From Longimicrobiales bacterium (GTDB lineage Bacteria > Gemmatimonadota > Gemmatimonadetes > Longimicrobiales > Gaopeijiaceae), in the NCBI GenBank assembly GCA_965204735.1, contig OZ242008.1, forward strand, positions 2,848,001-2,912,000: a stretch of DNA of 64,000 nucleotides, given 5' to 3'. Under the pieces are notes generated by a model. The model was not told the DNA's origin. It worked only from the letters and a program-made list of their open reading frames with translations, and ran no database searches. Below are positions 41,042 to 51,040 of the stretch, piece after piece (the first letter of the stretch is position 1; each line of letters begins with the position of its first letter). Made by a program: the position numbers and the translations under genes.

Positions 41042-41517
41042 GCAAACGCGCCAAGGTGGTCGCCGAGTTCGACGTGACCTCGTGGGATCAGAAGCCCTAC
41101 GAGGGCGTCCCCGGAGGACCAGCGCTCGGAGAGGCGGTCGTGGGAAAGAGCTACCGGGGCGACCTCGAGGGAACGGGCAAGGCCCGGCTGCTCATGTGCC
41201 GAGCGGAGGGCCAAGCCGGCGAGGCTGGGGCTGGCGAAGGGAACGCAGGCGAGAAAGAGACCGACGGCGGGCCTTCCAACGCCGGCTACGTGGCTTCGGA
41301 GCAGATCGTCGGACGGCTGGAAGGTCGAGAGGGCGCCTTCGTCGTTCAGCACTGGGGCGTTGCGGCGGCCGGGGCGACGCCATGGACCGCCGGGCACGTG
41401 GTCCCGGGGTCGGGCACCGGAGAGCTGAAGGGGCTGACGGGGACCGTGGAGATCGCCGTGGACGCCGACGGCAGGCACACGCTGACGCTGGAGTACTCGA
41501 TTCCCGGAGCAAGCTAG
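41038..41517 (+). CDS. DUF3224 domain protein
   Basis: F.VTSWD..PY, K.Y.GDLEG, GRLEGREG.FV.QH, VVPGSGTGEL.GL.G; real C-terminal part of shadow ORF 34270..41517. Confidence 0.85.
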   Translation: MSKRAKVVAEFDVTSWDQKPYEGVPGGPALGEAVVGKSYRGDLEGTGKARLLMCRAEGQAGEAGAGEGNAGEKETDGGPSNAGYVASEQIVGRLEGREGAFVVQHWGVAAAGATPWTAGHVVPGSGTGELKGLTGTVEIAVDADGRHTLTLEYSIPGAS

Positions 41518-41567
41518 GACCGGGGCTCCTCGCGCTCGTCGGCGCGCCGCCGGGTCTTCCGAAGGGC

Positions 41568-42131
41568 CTACTCCGACGGCCCCCAGCGGTAGCTGAACTC
41601 GGGCAGGGGCACCAGCGCCGTCCGGGGCGGCCGCGTGTCCTCGGGGTCGGGCCGCCGAAGGGCCAGCGCCCGGTTCAGGTGCACGGTCGCGGCGACGGCA
41701 TGCTTGCCCGCGAACGTCCACTCGAATCCGACGGGGAAGCGCGCGATCAGCCCGAACCCCCGACCCGCTTCGGCGCTCGCCGTCATCCCCCACAGCCCGA
41801 CGCCCACGAAGGGCTCCACCGCGTAGGACCCGACGTACTGCTTGGCGGTGACCGACACGCTGGCGTCGCGGAAGCCCCAAGTGCCCAGCTGCACTTCCAC
41901 GCCTCGGTGCGCCCAGCGGTACTCGGCGACCAGCGCCACAGTGCTCGCGCCGCCGGCCGATATGCCGAGGCGGTACTGGGCTGCGACGGGCGCCGGGGCG
42001 GTTGCCAGAACCCCGACAAGGGCCAGAGCCAGGCAAGCGGCCGCGTAGGCGGGAAGGGAAGCGGCGGCCGTCGGGGCGGGCGGCGAGTCGCGACGCGCGG
42101 CCGGACGCCGAGGGCGCCAGTGCGGAGTCAT
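41568..42131 (-). CDS. Hypothetical secreted, probably small outer-membrane beta-barrel protein
   Basis: Signal peptide ending PVAA-Q, alternating beta-strand pattern, C-terminal FSYRW; ATGA-coupled to the ankyrin gene. Confidence 0.6.
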   Translation of the reverse strand: MTPHWRPRRPAARRDSPPAPTAAASLPAYAAACLALALVGVLATAPAPVAAQYRLGISAGGASTVALVAEYRWAHRGVEVQLGTWGFRDASVSVTAKQYVGSYAVEPFVGVGLWGMTASAEAGRGFGLIARFPVGFEWTFAGKHAVAATVHLNRALALRRPDPEDTRPPRTALVPLPEFSYRWGPSE

Positions 42132-43825
42132 GACCCCAAGTCTACCGGGTCGGCGGTCGGTCTACCAGCCGAAGGGGCGTCGTCGCGGCTCGGGTCGCGC
42201 GCGACCTTCGCCGGACGGCAGGCCGACGCCAGCCAAGCAGCCAAGTCGTCGCGTCCAGCGGCGCGGGCACGCTCCAGCGGCGTCGCGGGGGGAAGGTCGC
42301 GCGGCAGCAAGGGGTCGGCCCCGCGAGCAACGAGAAGGCGCGCGGTGTCCAGGTGTCCGGCGGCCGCAGCCCAGGCCAGCGGCGTCCCGCGGCGCTCGTC
42401 GTCCAGGACGTTCGGGTCTGCGCCGTGATCCAGCACCAGCTCGACGGCGACCGTCTCGCCGCGTCCGGCGAAGTGGTGGAGCGCGGTCTGGCCCAGCCAT
42501 CCCGGTCGGTCGGGGTCGAATCCGGCGGCCAACAGCAGCTTGATCACGTCCGCGTCCGCAACGGCCACGTCCGGGTCGCCCATGCGCAACGTGGCGCCGT
42601 TCAGCCGAATGGCGGCCTCCGGGTCCTTCTCCAGAAGCAGCCGGGCCACTCCCAGGTTGTTGCGAGCCAAGGCTTCCTCGGCGAACCACGGCGTCCGGCA
42701 GACCGAGGCGTCCTTCGCCAAGGCGTCGCGAAGCTCGTCGTCGGTCATGTGCCACGCAGGCGTCTCGGCCCCGTGGGCCAGGAGCAGCTCCTCGATGCGC
42801 CGGGCGACCTTGCCAGGCCGTGACCGGACAATCCCCAGGCAACTGTCCGACGAGTCCGGGGCCGAGTTCGGGTCCGCGCCATGGCTCAGCAGGACTTGCG
42901 CAATGGCCGCGCGGCCGCCCGCGCAGGCGTGCCAGAGCGCATGTCCCCGGGGCGCAAGCTCCTCCGGCCGGTTGGGGTCGGCCCCCTCTTCCAAGAGCAG
43001 TCGCACAACTTCTTCGTGACCGCCGCGGGCTGCATACCCCAGGGGGCTACGTCGGCCCGAGTCCAGGCGGCAAGCCAGGTCGGGCCGGCCCGCGAGCAGT
43101 TCTCGCGCCACTTCCAGGTCGCCCGTCGCGCACGCCGTCGAGAGGTCGGTCGAGGCCCCGGCTGCCCACAACGCCTCCAGCACGGCACGCTCGTCCGGAT
43201 GGGCCACGCCCTCGAGCTCGCGCCAGACGCGATACTCGTAGTCGCCGTTGAAGAGGACATGAGCAGGCGTCTGGCCGTCGCTTCGACGGTGGTTCGGATC
43301 TGCGCCGAGCGCGCACAAGAGGGGGACGAGTTCCGGTTGCCGAGTCGCCGCCGCCCAGTGAACCGCGTTCCGGCCCGCGACGTCGGACGCCCTGGCGAGG
43401 CCGGGCGCCTGCTTGAGAACCGCGTCGACGCGGTCCCGGCGCCGCGACACGATCGCACGCTTCAGCTCTTCGAAGCCGGGGGCGTAGCCGAAACGTTGCC
43501 GGAGGGCTCTCGCAAGAACGTCGTGAACCTCGTCGAAGCCGTAGGCGGACGCCCGCTTCAGCAGCTTTCCCCAACCCGAGTCCATGAAGCGGGTTCGCCC
43601 CGGCTCGGCCCCCGCGTCCAGCAGGATGCGGACCACTCGGGGACGGTTGCCGTAGACCGCGAAGTGAATCGGCTGCGTGTACCAGTGCTGGGCATGGAGA
43701 AGGTTGGCGTCGTCCGCGACCAGCTTCCGGACCGTGGCCTCGTCGCCGTCCCGACAGGCCTCGAACAGCGCCCACGCCTGCGCTCCGTCGACCGGGTCGA
43801 CGTCGTAGACGTAGCGCCCTTCCAT
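42128..43825 (-). CDS. Ankyrin repeat protein
   Basis: Repeated G.TALH/TPL..AA..G....V.LLL..GADPN units; start uncertain (43825 or 43858). Confidence 0.9.
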   Translation of the reverse strand: MEGRYVYDVDPVDGAQAWALFEACRDGDEATVRKLVADDANLLHAQHWYTQPIHFAVYGNRPRVVRILLDAGAEPGRTRFMDSGWGKLLKRASAYGFDEVHDVLARALRQRFGYAPGFEELKRAIVSRRRDRVDAVLKQAPGLARASDVAGRNAVHWAAATRQPELVPLLCALGADPNHRRSDGQTPAHVLFNGDYEYRVWRELEGVAHPDERAVLEALWAAGASTDLSTACATGDLEVARELLAGRPDLACRLDSGRRSPLGYAARGGHEEVVRLLLEEGADPNRPEELAPRGHALWHACAGGRAAIAQVLLSHGADPNSAPDSSDSCLGIVRSRPGKVARRIEELLLAHGAETPAWHMTDDELRDALAKDASVCRTPWFAEEALARNNLGVARLLLEKDPEAAIRLNGATLRMGDPDVAVADADVIKLLLAAGFDPDRPGWLGQTALHHFAGRGETVAVELVLDHGADPNVLDDERRGTPLAWAAAAGHLDTARLLVARGADPLLPRDLPPATPLERARAAGRDDLAAWLASACRPAKVARDPSRDDAPSAGRPTADPVDLGS

Positions 43826-43936
43826 CCCGAGGGGCGGGCTTCGGCGAGGCGTTCCCAAAGGCGTTCCCTCAGCGCTCGGCCGGCGGAGATGCCCGCCAGC
43901 GGCAGGAAGCCCGACGCCCGGCGAGCGGCCCGTCGT

Positions 43937-46183
43937 TCAGAACGTCGACGTCAGCGTCACGCGGAAGCTGCGCGTCGCCCCGGGGTTGCGTTCCTGAACG
44001 TCCACGTAGTGGGACTGCAGGATGTTGCCCACCTTGGCCTGCACCACCACGTCCCGAACCTTGGTCTCCATCCGCAGGTCCAGCACCGTGATCGCTCCCC
44101 GGTCGTCCAAGGGGAACGCCAGCACCTCCTCGGCTCGGCTTCGATGGCGCATGTCCAGGGCGATCCTGTCGCGCCAGGCCGACACGGTGGAGGTGATGTT
44201 GTGGCGCGACCTGTACGGCAGGGACCGCTCCGTGCGCTCGTCCTCCGAGTCGAGCAGCAGGTAGTTGGCGTGGAGGTTCAAGTTGTCGGGCCAGAGGCCG
44301 ACCCGCACTCCGGCGTCCAGGCCCCGCACGCGGGCAGCTGCCACGTTGCGGAACTGGAAGGTGAAGACCTCGCCCGACGCGCCCGACACCTCGATCAGGT
44401 CCTTGTACTCGCTCCAGAAGAGCCCCGCGTCGAACCACAGCCGCTCCCATGGGCTGGCGGTGGCCCCCACCTCGCCGGCCCACGCCGACTCGCCCCGCAG
44501 CTCCAGGTTCGGCACCACGCGGAAGCCGAAGACGGTCGTGGAAGAGAACTGCTCCGAGACGCTGGGCGCTCGGTATCCCCTGCTGAGGGAGGCGCGGAAG
44601 CTCACATCGTCCCAGGGCCGGTAGACCAAGCCCAGCTTCGGGTTGATCGCCAAGTCCCGCTCCGCCACCGACGCATGGTGATGGTCCACTCGCACCCCCG
44701 CGGCCCCCCGCAGCCGGTCGGAGAACTCGAATTCGTCCTGCGCGAAGACGGCCAGGTCCGTCACCGCCGGGTCGGGAGCCAGGAAGTTGGACGAGACCTG
44801 GGTGTAGGCGGCCTCGGCCCCGGTCGTCACCGCGTGGGCGCCCCATGAGTACACCGTGAGCTGCACGTCCGCGCCCCAGCGGGTGGAACGGATGAAGTCG
44901 TCGTTGTCGTGGAAGAAGTTCCGGGACTGCGCGTGAAAGACCTGGGGACGAGCCTCCAGTCGGATGCTGGAGTTGGCGACAGGCACCGCCGTCATGCCGG
45001 CCACGAAGTTCGTCTCCCGCGTCCAGTCGCCCAGCTGCGTCGGGTCGACTTCCAGCGGCCGCGTCGCCGAACGCCAAGTGAAGAACTCCTCTGCTTCTTC
45101 GCGCTTCCAGTTCGCGAAGACCTCCCACGGCTTGGCGGACTCGGCGCCGAAGACGGCCTTCGCCCGGAAGCGCCACCGCTTCAGCCCGCCGTTCTGACGG
45201 AAGCCGTCGGAGCCCTCCCGCCCACCGACCAGCGTAAGGTTGGTGCGCCCGATCCTTCGCGTGTGCTGCAGCTGAAGTCCTTCCATGCTCAGCACGTCTT
45301 CGGTGAAGTCCATCGCTCCCGGCGTGTCGAAGACGCCGTAGTAGCCCCTGACGATCGTCTGCGGGCCGCCCGACGGCTGACGGGTCACGACGTTGACGAC
45401 CCCTCCCAGGGCGTTGGCGCCCCACAGCGTCGAGTGGGGGCCCTTGACCACTTCGATGCGCTCCACGTCCAGCAGCGGCAGAGCGCCGAACTCCACGGAC
45501 GACTCCGCGCCTGTCAGGAAGCGATGGCCGTCGAGGAGCATCAGCACCCGGCTGCCCACGCCCCGGGCAATCCCCTGGGCGCCCCGGATGTCGATCTTTC
45601 CCGCCACGAACGTGACCCCCTGCGCAAACGGAAGCGCCTCGCCCAAGTCCGTGACGTTGCGCCGTCGGAGCTCCTCGCCGCTCACCACCGCCACGCTGGC
45701 GGGCGCGTCGCCCGGAGCGGCAGCTTCTCGGCTGGCGGTCACCGTAAGCCCAGGCACGTCTACCAGGACACGGGCCAGCTCGACTTGCAGCACGCCTGCC
45801 GTCTCCGCGACCGGCACGCCCCCGGCCCCCGTCCGGCGCTCGGGGGGCGGCCCCAAGTTGCGTTCCGTCGGTCGGAAGCCGGCCGCCGCAACCACGACCG
45901 TGTACGACCTTCCTTCGGGCAGAGCCACCTCGAAGCGGCCGTCGGCCCCGGTCAGCACCCGAAGAGGAGTCCCGCGAACCATCACTTCCGCGCCGGCCAC
46001 GGGCTCCCCGGTCGCCTCCGCGACCACGACGCCGCGCACGGGAACCACTTGCTGGACGTCCGCCGACATCGGCGCCGGGGCGAGAAGCGCCACGAGCATC
46101 CACGCGGCCACCCAAGCGACCGTCGCCGACGCGAACTCGGACGTGGCCGGCTCCCGGCCCGCCCGGACCCCCAACTCCGCCAA
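43937..46183 (-). CDS. TonB-dependent receptor with N-terminal CarboxypepD_reg-like domain
   Basis: TGEPVAGA.V.V.GT, VTASR, IRG, VERIEVVKGP.S.LWG.NA.GGVVN, terminal F; start uncertain. Confidence 0.9.
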   Translation of the reverse strand: MAELGVRAGREPATSEFASATVAWVAAWMLVALLAPAPMSADVQQVVPVRGVVVAEATGEPVAGAEVMVRGTPLRVLTGADGRFEVALPEGRSYTVVVAAAGFRPTERNLGPPPERRTGAGGVPVAETAGVLQVELARVLVDVPGLTVTASREAAAPGDAPASVAVVSGEELRRRNVTDLGEALPFAQGVTFVAGKIDIRGAQGIARGVGSRVLMLLDGHRFLTGAESSVEFGALPLLDVERIEVVKGPHSTLWGANALGGVVNVVTRQPSGGPQTIVRGYYGVFDTPGAMDFTEDVLSMEGLQLQHTRRIGRTNLTLVGGREGSDGFRQNGGLKRWRFRAKAVFGAESAKPWEVFANWKREEAEEFFTWRSATRPLEVDPTQLGDWTRETNFVAGMTAVPVANSSIRLEARPQVFHAQSRNFFHDNDDFIRSTRWGADVQLTVYSWGAHAVTTGAEAAYTQVSSNFLAPDPAVTDLAVFAQDEFEFSDRLRGAAGVRVDHHHASVAERDLAINPKLGLVYRPWDDVSFRASLSRGYRAPSVSEQFSSTTVFGFRVVPNLELRGESAWAGEVGATASPWERLWFDAGLFWSEYKDLIEVSGASGEVFTFQFRNVAAARVRGLDAGVRVGLWPDNLNLHANYLLLDSEDERTERSLPYRSRHNITSTVSAWRDRIALDMRHRSRAEEVLAFPLDDRGAITVLDLRMETKVRDVVVQAKVGNILQSHYVDVQERNPGATRSFRVTLTSTF

Positions 46184-46197
46184 CGCCCGCTCCCGCC

Positions 46198-46650
46198 CTA
46201 CTGTCGGCGCCAGACGGAAGAGGACACGCTCAGCGCCGGCTCGGTCACGTTCACGGTGAGGGTGGGGCCTGCCAGCGTGAACGTCCCCGTGCCCTGAAAC
46301 AAGTTGCCGCGCTGCTCCCAGCTGCCGTCGGCCCTTACGGTGTAGCTGCCCTGGTCGACGATCCGCTCGGACCCGCCCGCGCCGTCGGGCACCGTGACGT
46401 CGAGGTCGAAGTCGCCCATGGCTTCGCTGCCGGTCGGCGCAGACTGCTGGAGCGTGAGCGTGCCCGACACTGCGGGCGGGCTCAGGACGGCGCCCCCGGT
46501 AAGGGCGACGGACGAGAAGGACTGAAGCGAGTAGGCGCCCGAAATGTCGGGGGGACTCCGGCCGGGAGGGTCCGCAGGGTCGTCGCCGCCGCAGCCCATG
46601 GCCAGCGCTCCGGCGAGGAACGCGCAGAGTCCAAGTCGATGTCGAATCAA
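46198..46650 (-). CDS. Hypothetical lipoprotein (lipocalin-like beta protein)
   Basis: GAGGTGA RBS, LAMGC lipobox, GAYSL..GTLTL..GTFT. Confidence 0.7.
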   Translation of the reverse strand: MIRHRLGLCAFLAGALAMGCGGDDPADPPGRSPPDISGAYSLQSFSSVALTGGAVLSPPAVSGTLTLQQSAPTGSEAMGDFDLDVTVPDGAGGSERIVDQGSYTVRADGSWEQRGNLFQGTGTFTLAGPTLTVNVTEPALSVSSSVWRRQ

Positions 46651-46749
46651 GCTTCACCTCGTGCGTCTTCAGTGGTTTCTGTGAACGGCGCGCCTTGCGG
46701 TTGCAAGTAAATCTACTTTCCGGGTTCTCGTTGGGCTACCTTCCTCGCC

Positions 46750-47298
46750 ATGGACCACGAGCCCGCGGACCCGAGCCGAGGCGGCCTGATCGGTGGCGGA
46801 ACGCCTCTGGGAACCTGCGCCCTGCTGGCGCGCCTCGACGAGCTGGGCGTGTCCCACCACACTATGGCGCATCCCCCGGTGTTCACCGTCGAGGAGGCCA
46901 GCCGGCTCCGGGGCGCGACTCCGGGCGCGCACTCCAAGAACCTCTTCGTCCGCGACAAGAAGGAGCGCCACTGGCTTGTGTCGTGTCTGGCCGATCGGCA
47001 GGTGGACCTGGGATGGCTCGCGGATCGTCTCGGGACGAAGCGCCTTACGTTCTGCAGCCGGCGAAGACTCGCGGGCTACCTGGGCATCCGCCCCGGGGCG
47101 GTCTCTCCCTTCGCCGTGATCAACGACGCCCAGGGAGTGGTGCGGGTCGCCCTGGACGCCCAGCTTCTGGCGACGGAGCCCCTCAACTTCCACCCCCTGG
47201 ACAACGCCAAGACCACCGCCGTTTCCCGAGCGGGACTCATGCGCTTCCTGGAGGCGGAGCGCCACGAGCCGCTGATCCTGCGCTTCCCGGACCGTTGA
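46750..47298 (+). CDS. ProX/PrdX (YbaK superfamily) aminoacyl-tRNA deacylase
   Basis: HPPVFTVEE, SKNLF..DKK, PGAVSPF, NFHPL.N. Confidence 0.9.
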   Translation: MDHEPADPSRGGLIGGGTPLGTCALLARLDELGVSHHTMAHPPVFTVEEASRLRGATPGAHSKNLFVRDKKERHWLVSCLADRQVDLGWLADRLGTKRLTFCSRRRLAGYLGIRPGAVSPFAVINDAQGVVRVALDAQLLATEPLNFHPLDNAKTTAVSRAGLMRFLEAERHEPLILRFPDR

Positions 47299-47323
47299 CG
47301 TCGCGCGAACGATGATGTAATGT
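47295..47323 (+). promoter_or_regulatory. Putative sigma70 promoter TTGACG-N17-TAATGT
   Basis: Consensus-like hexamers with 17-bp spacing in an AT-richer patch. Confidence 0.45.
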
Positions 47324-47330
47324 TATGTTG

Positions 47331-47410
47331 GACAAGAGGCCGACAAGAGGCCGACAAGAGGCCGACAAGAGGCCGACAAGAGGCCGACAAGAGGCCGACA
47401 AGAGGCCGAC
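47331..47410 (+). repeat. Perfect 11-bp tandem repeat (GACAAGAGGCC) x7.3
   Basis: Read directly from the sequence. Confidence 0.97.
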
Positions 47411-47459
47411 CCGGCAGAGCAAGGGCGGCAACCGTGACCCCAACAGGTGCGAAGACGAC

Positions 47460-48080
47460 ATGGACCGAGCCGGCTTGGGGCTGGCAGGACTGGTCGCGCT
47501 CACTGCATGCACCCCCGGCCCAGGTGCAACCGCCCAGGTGGCGAACCAGGGCGAGCAGATGGCGCAGGCCCTGCTTGCCGCACCCAAAGACAAGGCGGAG
47601 GGCGCCCGGCTGCTCGGATGGACGCCCGACGGAGCCCTCGTCGAGCTCAGGCCCGGCGCCAACGACATCACGTGCCACGCCTCCAACCCCGCCGCCGACC
47701 GCTTCTCCACCTCCTGCTACCACAACTCCCTCGAGCCCTACTTCGCCCGGGGCCGAGAGCTGGACGCCCAAGGCGCTTCCGCCGACCGCTACCGCATCCG
47801 GTTCGAGGAGATGGAGGCCGGCGACCTTCCCATTCCCACCCACTCGGCGACCCAGTACGTCTTCGACGGCGTGTGGGACGCCGAGGCAGGGACCGCAGAA
47901 GGCCGAATCCGGTGGCTGATCTACGTCCCGGGAGCGACAGCCGAATCGACTGGACTTTCGTCCGAGCCGGCGGAGGACCGACCATGGATCATGATGGAGG
48001 GCACGCCCGGCGCTCACATCATGCCGCCCGCGCCCAGGGTCCGCCAGCCTAGCCAAGGCTCGGAGGGCTCCACTCGATGA
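47460..48080 (+). CDS. Hypothetical lipoprotein
   Basis: LVALTAC lipobox; G.N.ITC, SCYH, PWIM..GTP.AHIM; ATGA-coupled to the next gene. Confidence 0.7.
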   Translation: MDRAGLGLAGLVALTACTPGPGATAQVANQGEQMAQALLAAPKDKAEGARLLGWTPDGALVELRPGANDITCHASNPAADRFSTSCYHNSLEPYFARGRELDAQGASADRYRIRFEEMEAGDLPIPTHSATQYVFDGVWDAEAGTAEGRIRWLIYVPGATAESTGLSSEPAEDRPWIMMEGTPGAHIMPPAPRVRQPSQGSEGSTR

Positions 48081-49558
48081 CTCGCCCCGAGATCGTCCCC
48101 GCCCACGGCGAAGCCGCCGACGCCCGTCGCGCCGACTCGGCCTTTCCACCGCGTCTCACGTGGACGGAACGTCCCAGCCTCAAGGGCACGCTGGGCCCCA
48201 TCGGCAACGTCCGACTCGCCGTCGCCCTGTTGGGCTTGGGCGACGTGCTCGCCTGCGCGGCGAGCCTGGCCTTCGTCGCCTCCCTCCCGTTCGTCGCCTT
48301 CAGCGGCTCGTTCCTGGCGTTCCCGGCCGTTTCCGTCTGCATGGCGCTGGGGCTGTACGTGGCCGGCGCCTACGGCATCGAAGGATTCGACAACGCCAAG
48401 AGCCTGACGATGAGTCTGTCGGTCGGACTGGTGCTGTCGGCGCTCTTCGTCACCGTCGCCGAGTTCGTCTGGCCCTCGTCTCTTGTGGGCAGGCAGGCGA
48501 TCGCCGTCTTCTTCTTGGTCGTGAGTTTCCTGCTTCCAGGATGGCGCTTCGCAGGGGTACATCTTGTCAGGAGGAGGTTTGCGCCGGAGGCGGTCGCGAT
48601 TGTCGGCCACGGAGAGGGCGCTTACCGCTTGGCAGAGGTGCTCGAAAGCGCTCCGTCGTTTCGCTTGGCGATGACGGTCAACCCGCTGTCGGCCAAGGCG
48701 GTGCAGGTCGTGGAGAACGGCGGACCCCCGCGAGGCACGCCCGTTGCGGACATTCCGTCGGTCATGTCGGGAGCTGCAATCAAGCTGATCGCGGTGGCCG
48801 ACTCGATCTCCACGAGCCAGGCCGCTCTCGTGCGCCAGCTGCGGAAGTGCAGAAGCACAGGCGTCGACGTGCAGGATGTCGCCAACTGCATCGAGATGCT
48901 CTCCCAGAAGGTGCCCGTCCGCCTCTTGCAGAAGTGGCGGAAGCCCTCGTTGAGCTTTCCGGGCTGGGAGCGCAACTTCGACGACAAGCTGAAGCGCTTC
49001 AGCGACATCCTGTTGTCGGCGATTGCCATGATCCTGACGGCGCCGGCGATGCTGGCAACTGGACTTGCCGTGCGATGGAGCGACGGCGGTCCAGCCTTCT
49101 ACAAGCAGGCCCGGGTGGGCACCCACGGTCGCATCTACACCTTGTACAAGTTCCGTTCGATGATGGTGGACGCGGAGCGCAACGGGGCGGTATGGGCCTC
49201 GGAAGACGACCCCCGAGTCACGAAAGTCGGGAGGTTCATGCGGAAGCTGCACCTGGACGAGCTGCCCCAGCTCTGGAACGTCTTCCGCGGCGACATGAGC
49301 TTGGTGGGACCTCGTCCCGAGCGCCCGGAGTTCGTGGACTGGCTTCGCCTGTCGATTCCCCACTACGACGCCCGTCACACGATCAAGCCCGGCATCACCG
49401 GCTGGGCGCAGATCCGCTATCCCTACGGCGCGTCTGCCGCCGCCGCCGAGGACAAGCTCGAGTACGACCTGTACTACGTTCGCCACAGGAACGTGCTCTG
49501 GGACGTGTACATCCTCTTCCGGACGATCGTGTTCGTCAGCACGGGACGGCGCACCTAG
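48077..49558 (+). CDS. Polyprenyl glycosylphosphotransferase (priming sugar transferase, WcaJ/WbaP-like)
   Basis: [56 protein letters not shown]. Confidence 0.93.
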   Translation: MTRPEIVPAHGEAADARRADSAFPPRLTWTERPSLKGTLGPIGNVRLAVALLGLGDVLACAASLAFVASLPFVAFSGSFLAFPAVSVCMALGLYVAGAYGIEGFDNAKSLTMSLSVGLVLSALFVTVAEFVWPSSLVGRQAIAVFFLVVSFLLPGWRFAGVHLVRRRFAPEAVAIVGHGEGAYRLAEVLESAPSFRLAMTVNPLSAKAVQVVENGGPPRGTPVADIPSVMSGAAIKLIAVADSISTSQAALVRQLRKCRSTGVDVQDVANCIEMLSQKVPVRLLQKWRKPSLSFPGWERNFDDKLKRFSDILLSAIAMILTAPAMLATGLAVRWSDGGPAFYKQARVGTHGRIYTLYKFRSMMVDAERNGAVWASEDDPRVTKVGRFMRKLHLDELPQLWNVFRGDMSLVGPRPERPEFVDWLRLSIPHYDARHTIKPGITGWAQIRYPYGASAAAAEDKLEYDLYYVRHRNVLWDVYILFRTIVFVSTGRRT

Positions 49559-49597
49559 ACGGACCTCCGGAGCAGAAGGACGGGGGCGGAGGGGAAG

Positions 49598-51040
49598 ATG
49601 ATCAGCACCTTTGCCCTGCTGACCCTCGTTGCGGCGGTCGTCGCCTTGCAGGTCGTCTTCGTCGTGTTCGTGCTGTTGCGGCCGCGAGTGCGCCAACCGT
49701 CGTCCCCGGCTTGGATCCTGGTCATCCTCGTGCTGCCGATCGTGGGCGTCGCACTGTACTTGGTCGTGGGAGAAGTGCGGACGGGAAGCCGGCGCAGGCG
49801 GCGGCATCGGACCATTCACGCCAGCATCGGCGGGGTCTTGCGCAAGGCGTGGGCGGTGGCGCCGGCGCCGGCCCGCGTGACAGGCAGCGTTCAGTCGATC
49901 GCCAGGCTGGCGCGCCTCGTGGGAGACACTCGTCCCCGTGGCGGAAACCGCCTGACCTTGCTGGCCGGCGCCGAGGAGTTCGTGAACAGCTTGGTGCGGG
50001 ACGTCGGCGGCGCCAAAGAGCACGTTCATCTGCTGTTCTACATCTACTTGGACGACCAGATGGGACGCGCCGTGGGGGACGCCTTGGCCGCGGCGGCCGC
50101 CAGAGGAGTGGATTGCCGTCTGCTGGTGGACAACGTGGGCTCGGACGAGTTCCTGAAGTCGAAGCTGTGCCGGCAGCTGAGAACGAGCGGGGTTCGCGTG
50201 GCCGCCGCGCTCCCCACGCGCATCACCCAGATCGCGTCGATCCGCTTCGACATGCGCAACCACCGCAAGATCGCCGTGGTGGACGGCAAGATCGGCTTCA
50301 CCGGCAGCCACAACTTGGCCGCGGAAGCGTTCCACCCGAAGCCCCGCTTTGCGCCATGGATCGACGCGACCCTGCGAATCGAAGGGCCGGTCGTGCGCGA
50401 CCTTCAGGCGCTCTTCGTCGAGGACTGGTACATGGACACGGGCGAGAGCCTGGCAGGGCTGATCGCCATCTCGCCGGGCAGCCACGCCGACGGCACGGTG
50501 GTTCAGGTGGTGGGCAGCGGCGTCAACTCCCAGAACCAGGCGCTCGTGCGGGTCATTCAGTCCGCCGTGCACATGGCTAGGGAGGAACTGGTGCTGACCA
50601 CGCCCTACTTCGTGCCCGACGAGGGAACCGCCGCGGCGCTGACCACGGCGGCGATGCGGGGCGTGCGCACGGTGATCGTGGTGCCTGCGCGGAACGACTC
50701 GCCGCTGATCTCCCTGGCCAGCCGCAGCTTCTACCAGCCGTTGCTGGACGCCGGGGCCGAGGTCCACGAGTTCACCAAGGGACTGCTCCACGCCAAGACC
50801 ATCACCGTGGACCGGGACTTCGCAATGGTCAGCACGGCCAACCTGGACCGCCGGAGCTTCGACATCAACTTCGAGGTCTCGACTCTGGTCTACGACAGCG
50901 CGTTCGCGGCCGACCTGCGCGAGCTCCAGAGGCGCTACCTGGAGGACTGCCGGGCCGTGGACGGAGCCGAGTGGGCTTCCCGCAGCTGGCCGCGCCGCCT
51001 GGGAGAGAACGCCGCCGGCTTGGTCAGTCCCCTTCTGTGA
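49598..51040 (+). CDS. cls: Cardiolipin synthase
   Basis: Two N-terminal TMs; two HKD motifs (RNHRKIAVVD, LHAKTITVD); TPYFVP, NLD.RSF..N.E. Confidence 0.92.
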   Translation: MISTFALLTLVAAVVALQVVFVVFVLLRPRVRQPSSPAWILVILVLPIVGVALYLVVGEVRTGSRRRRRHRTIHASIGGVLRKAWAVAPAPARVTGSVQSIARLARLVGDTRPRGGNRLTLLAGAEEFVNSLVRDVGGAKEHVHLLFYIYLDDQMGRAVGDALAAAAARGVDCRLLVDNVGSDEFLKSKLCRQLRTSGVRVAAALPTRITQIASIRFDMRNHRKIAVVDGKIGFTGSHNLAAEAFHPKPRFAPWIDATLRIEGPVVRDLQALFVEDWYMDTGESLAGLIAISPGSHADGTVVQVVGSGVNSQNQALVRVIQSAVHMAREELVLTTPYFVPDEGTAAALTTAAMRGVRTVIVVPARNDSPLISLASRSFYQPLLDAGAEVHEFTKGLLHAKTITVDRDFAMVSTANLDRRSFDINFEVSTLVYDSAFAADLRELQRRYLEDCRAVDGAEWASRSWPRRLGENAAGLVSPLL

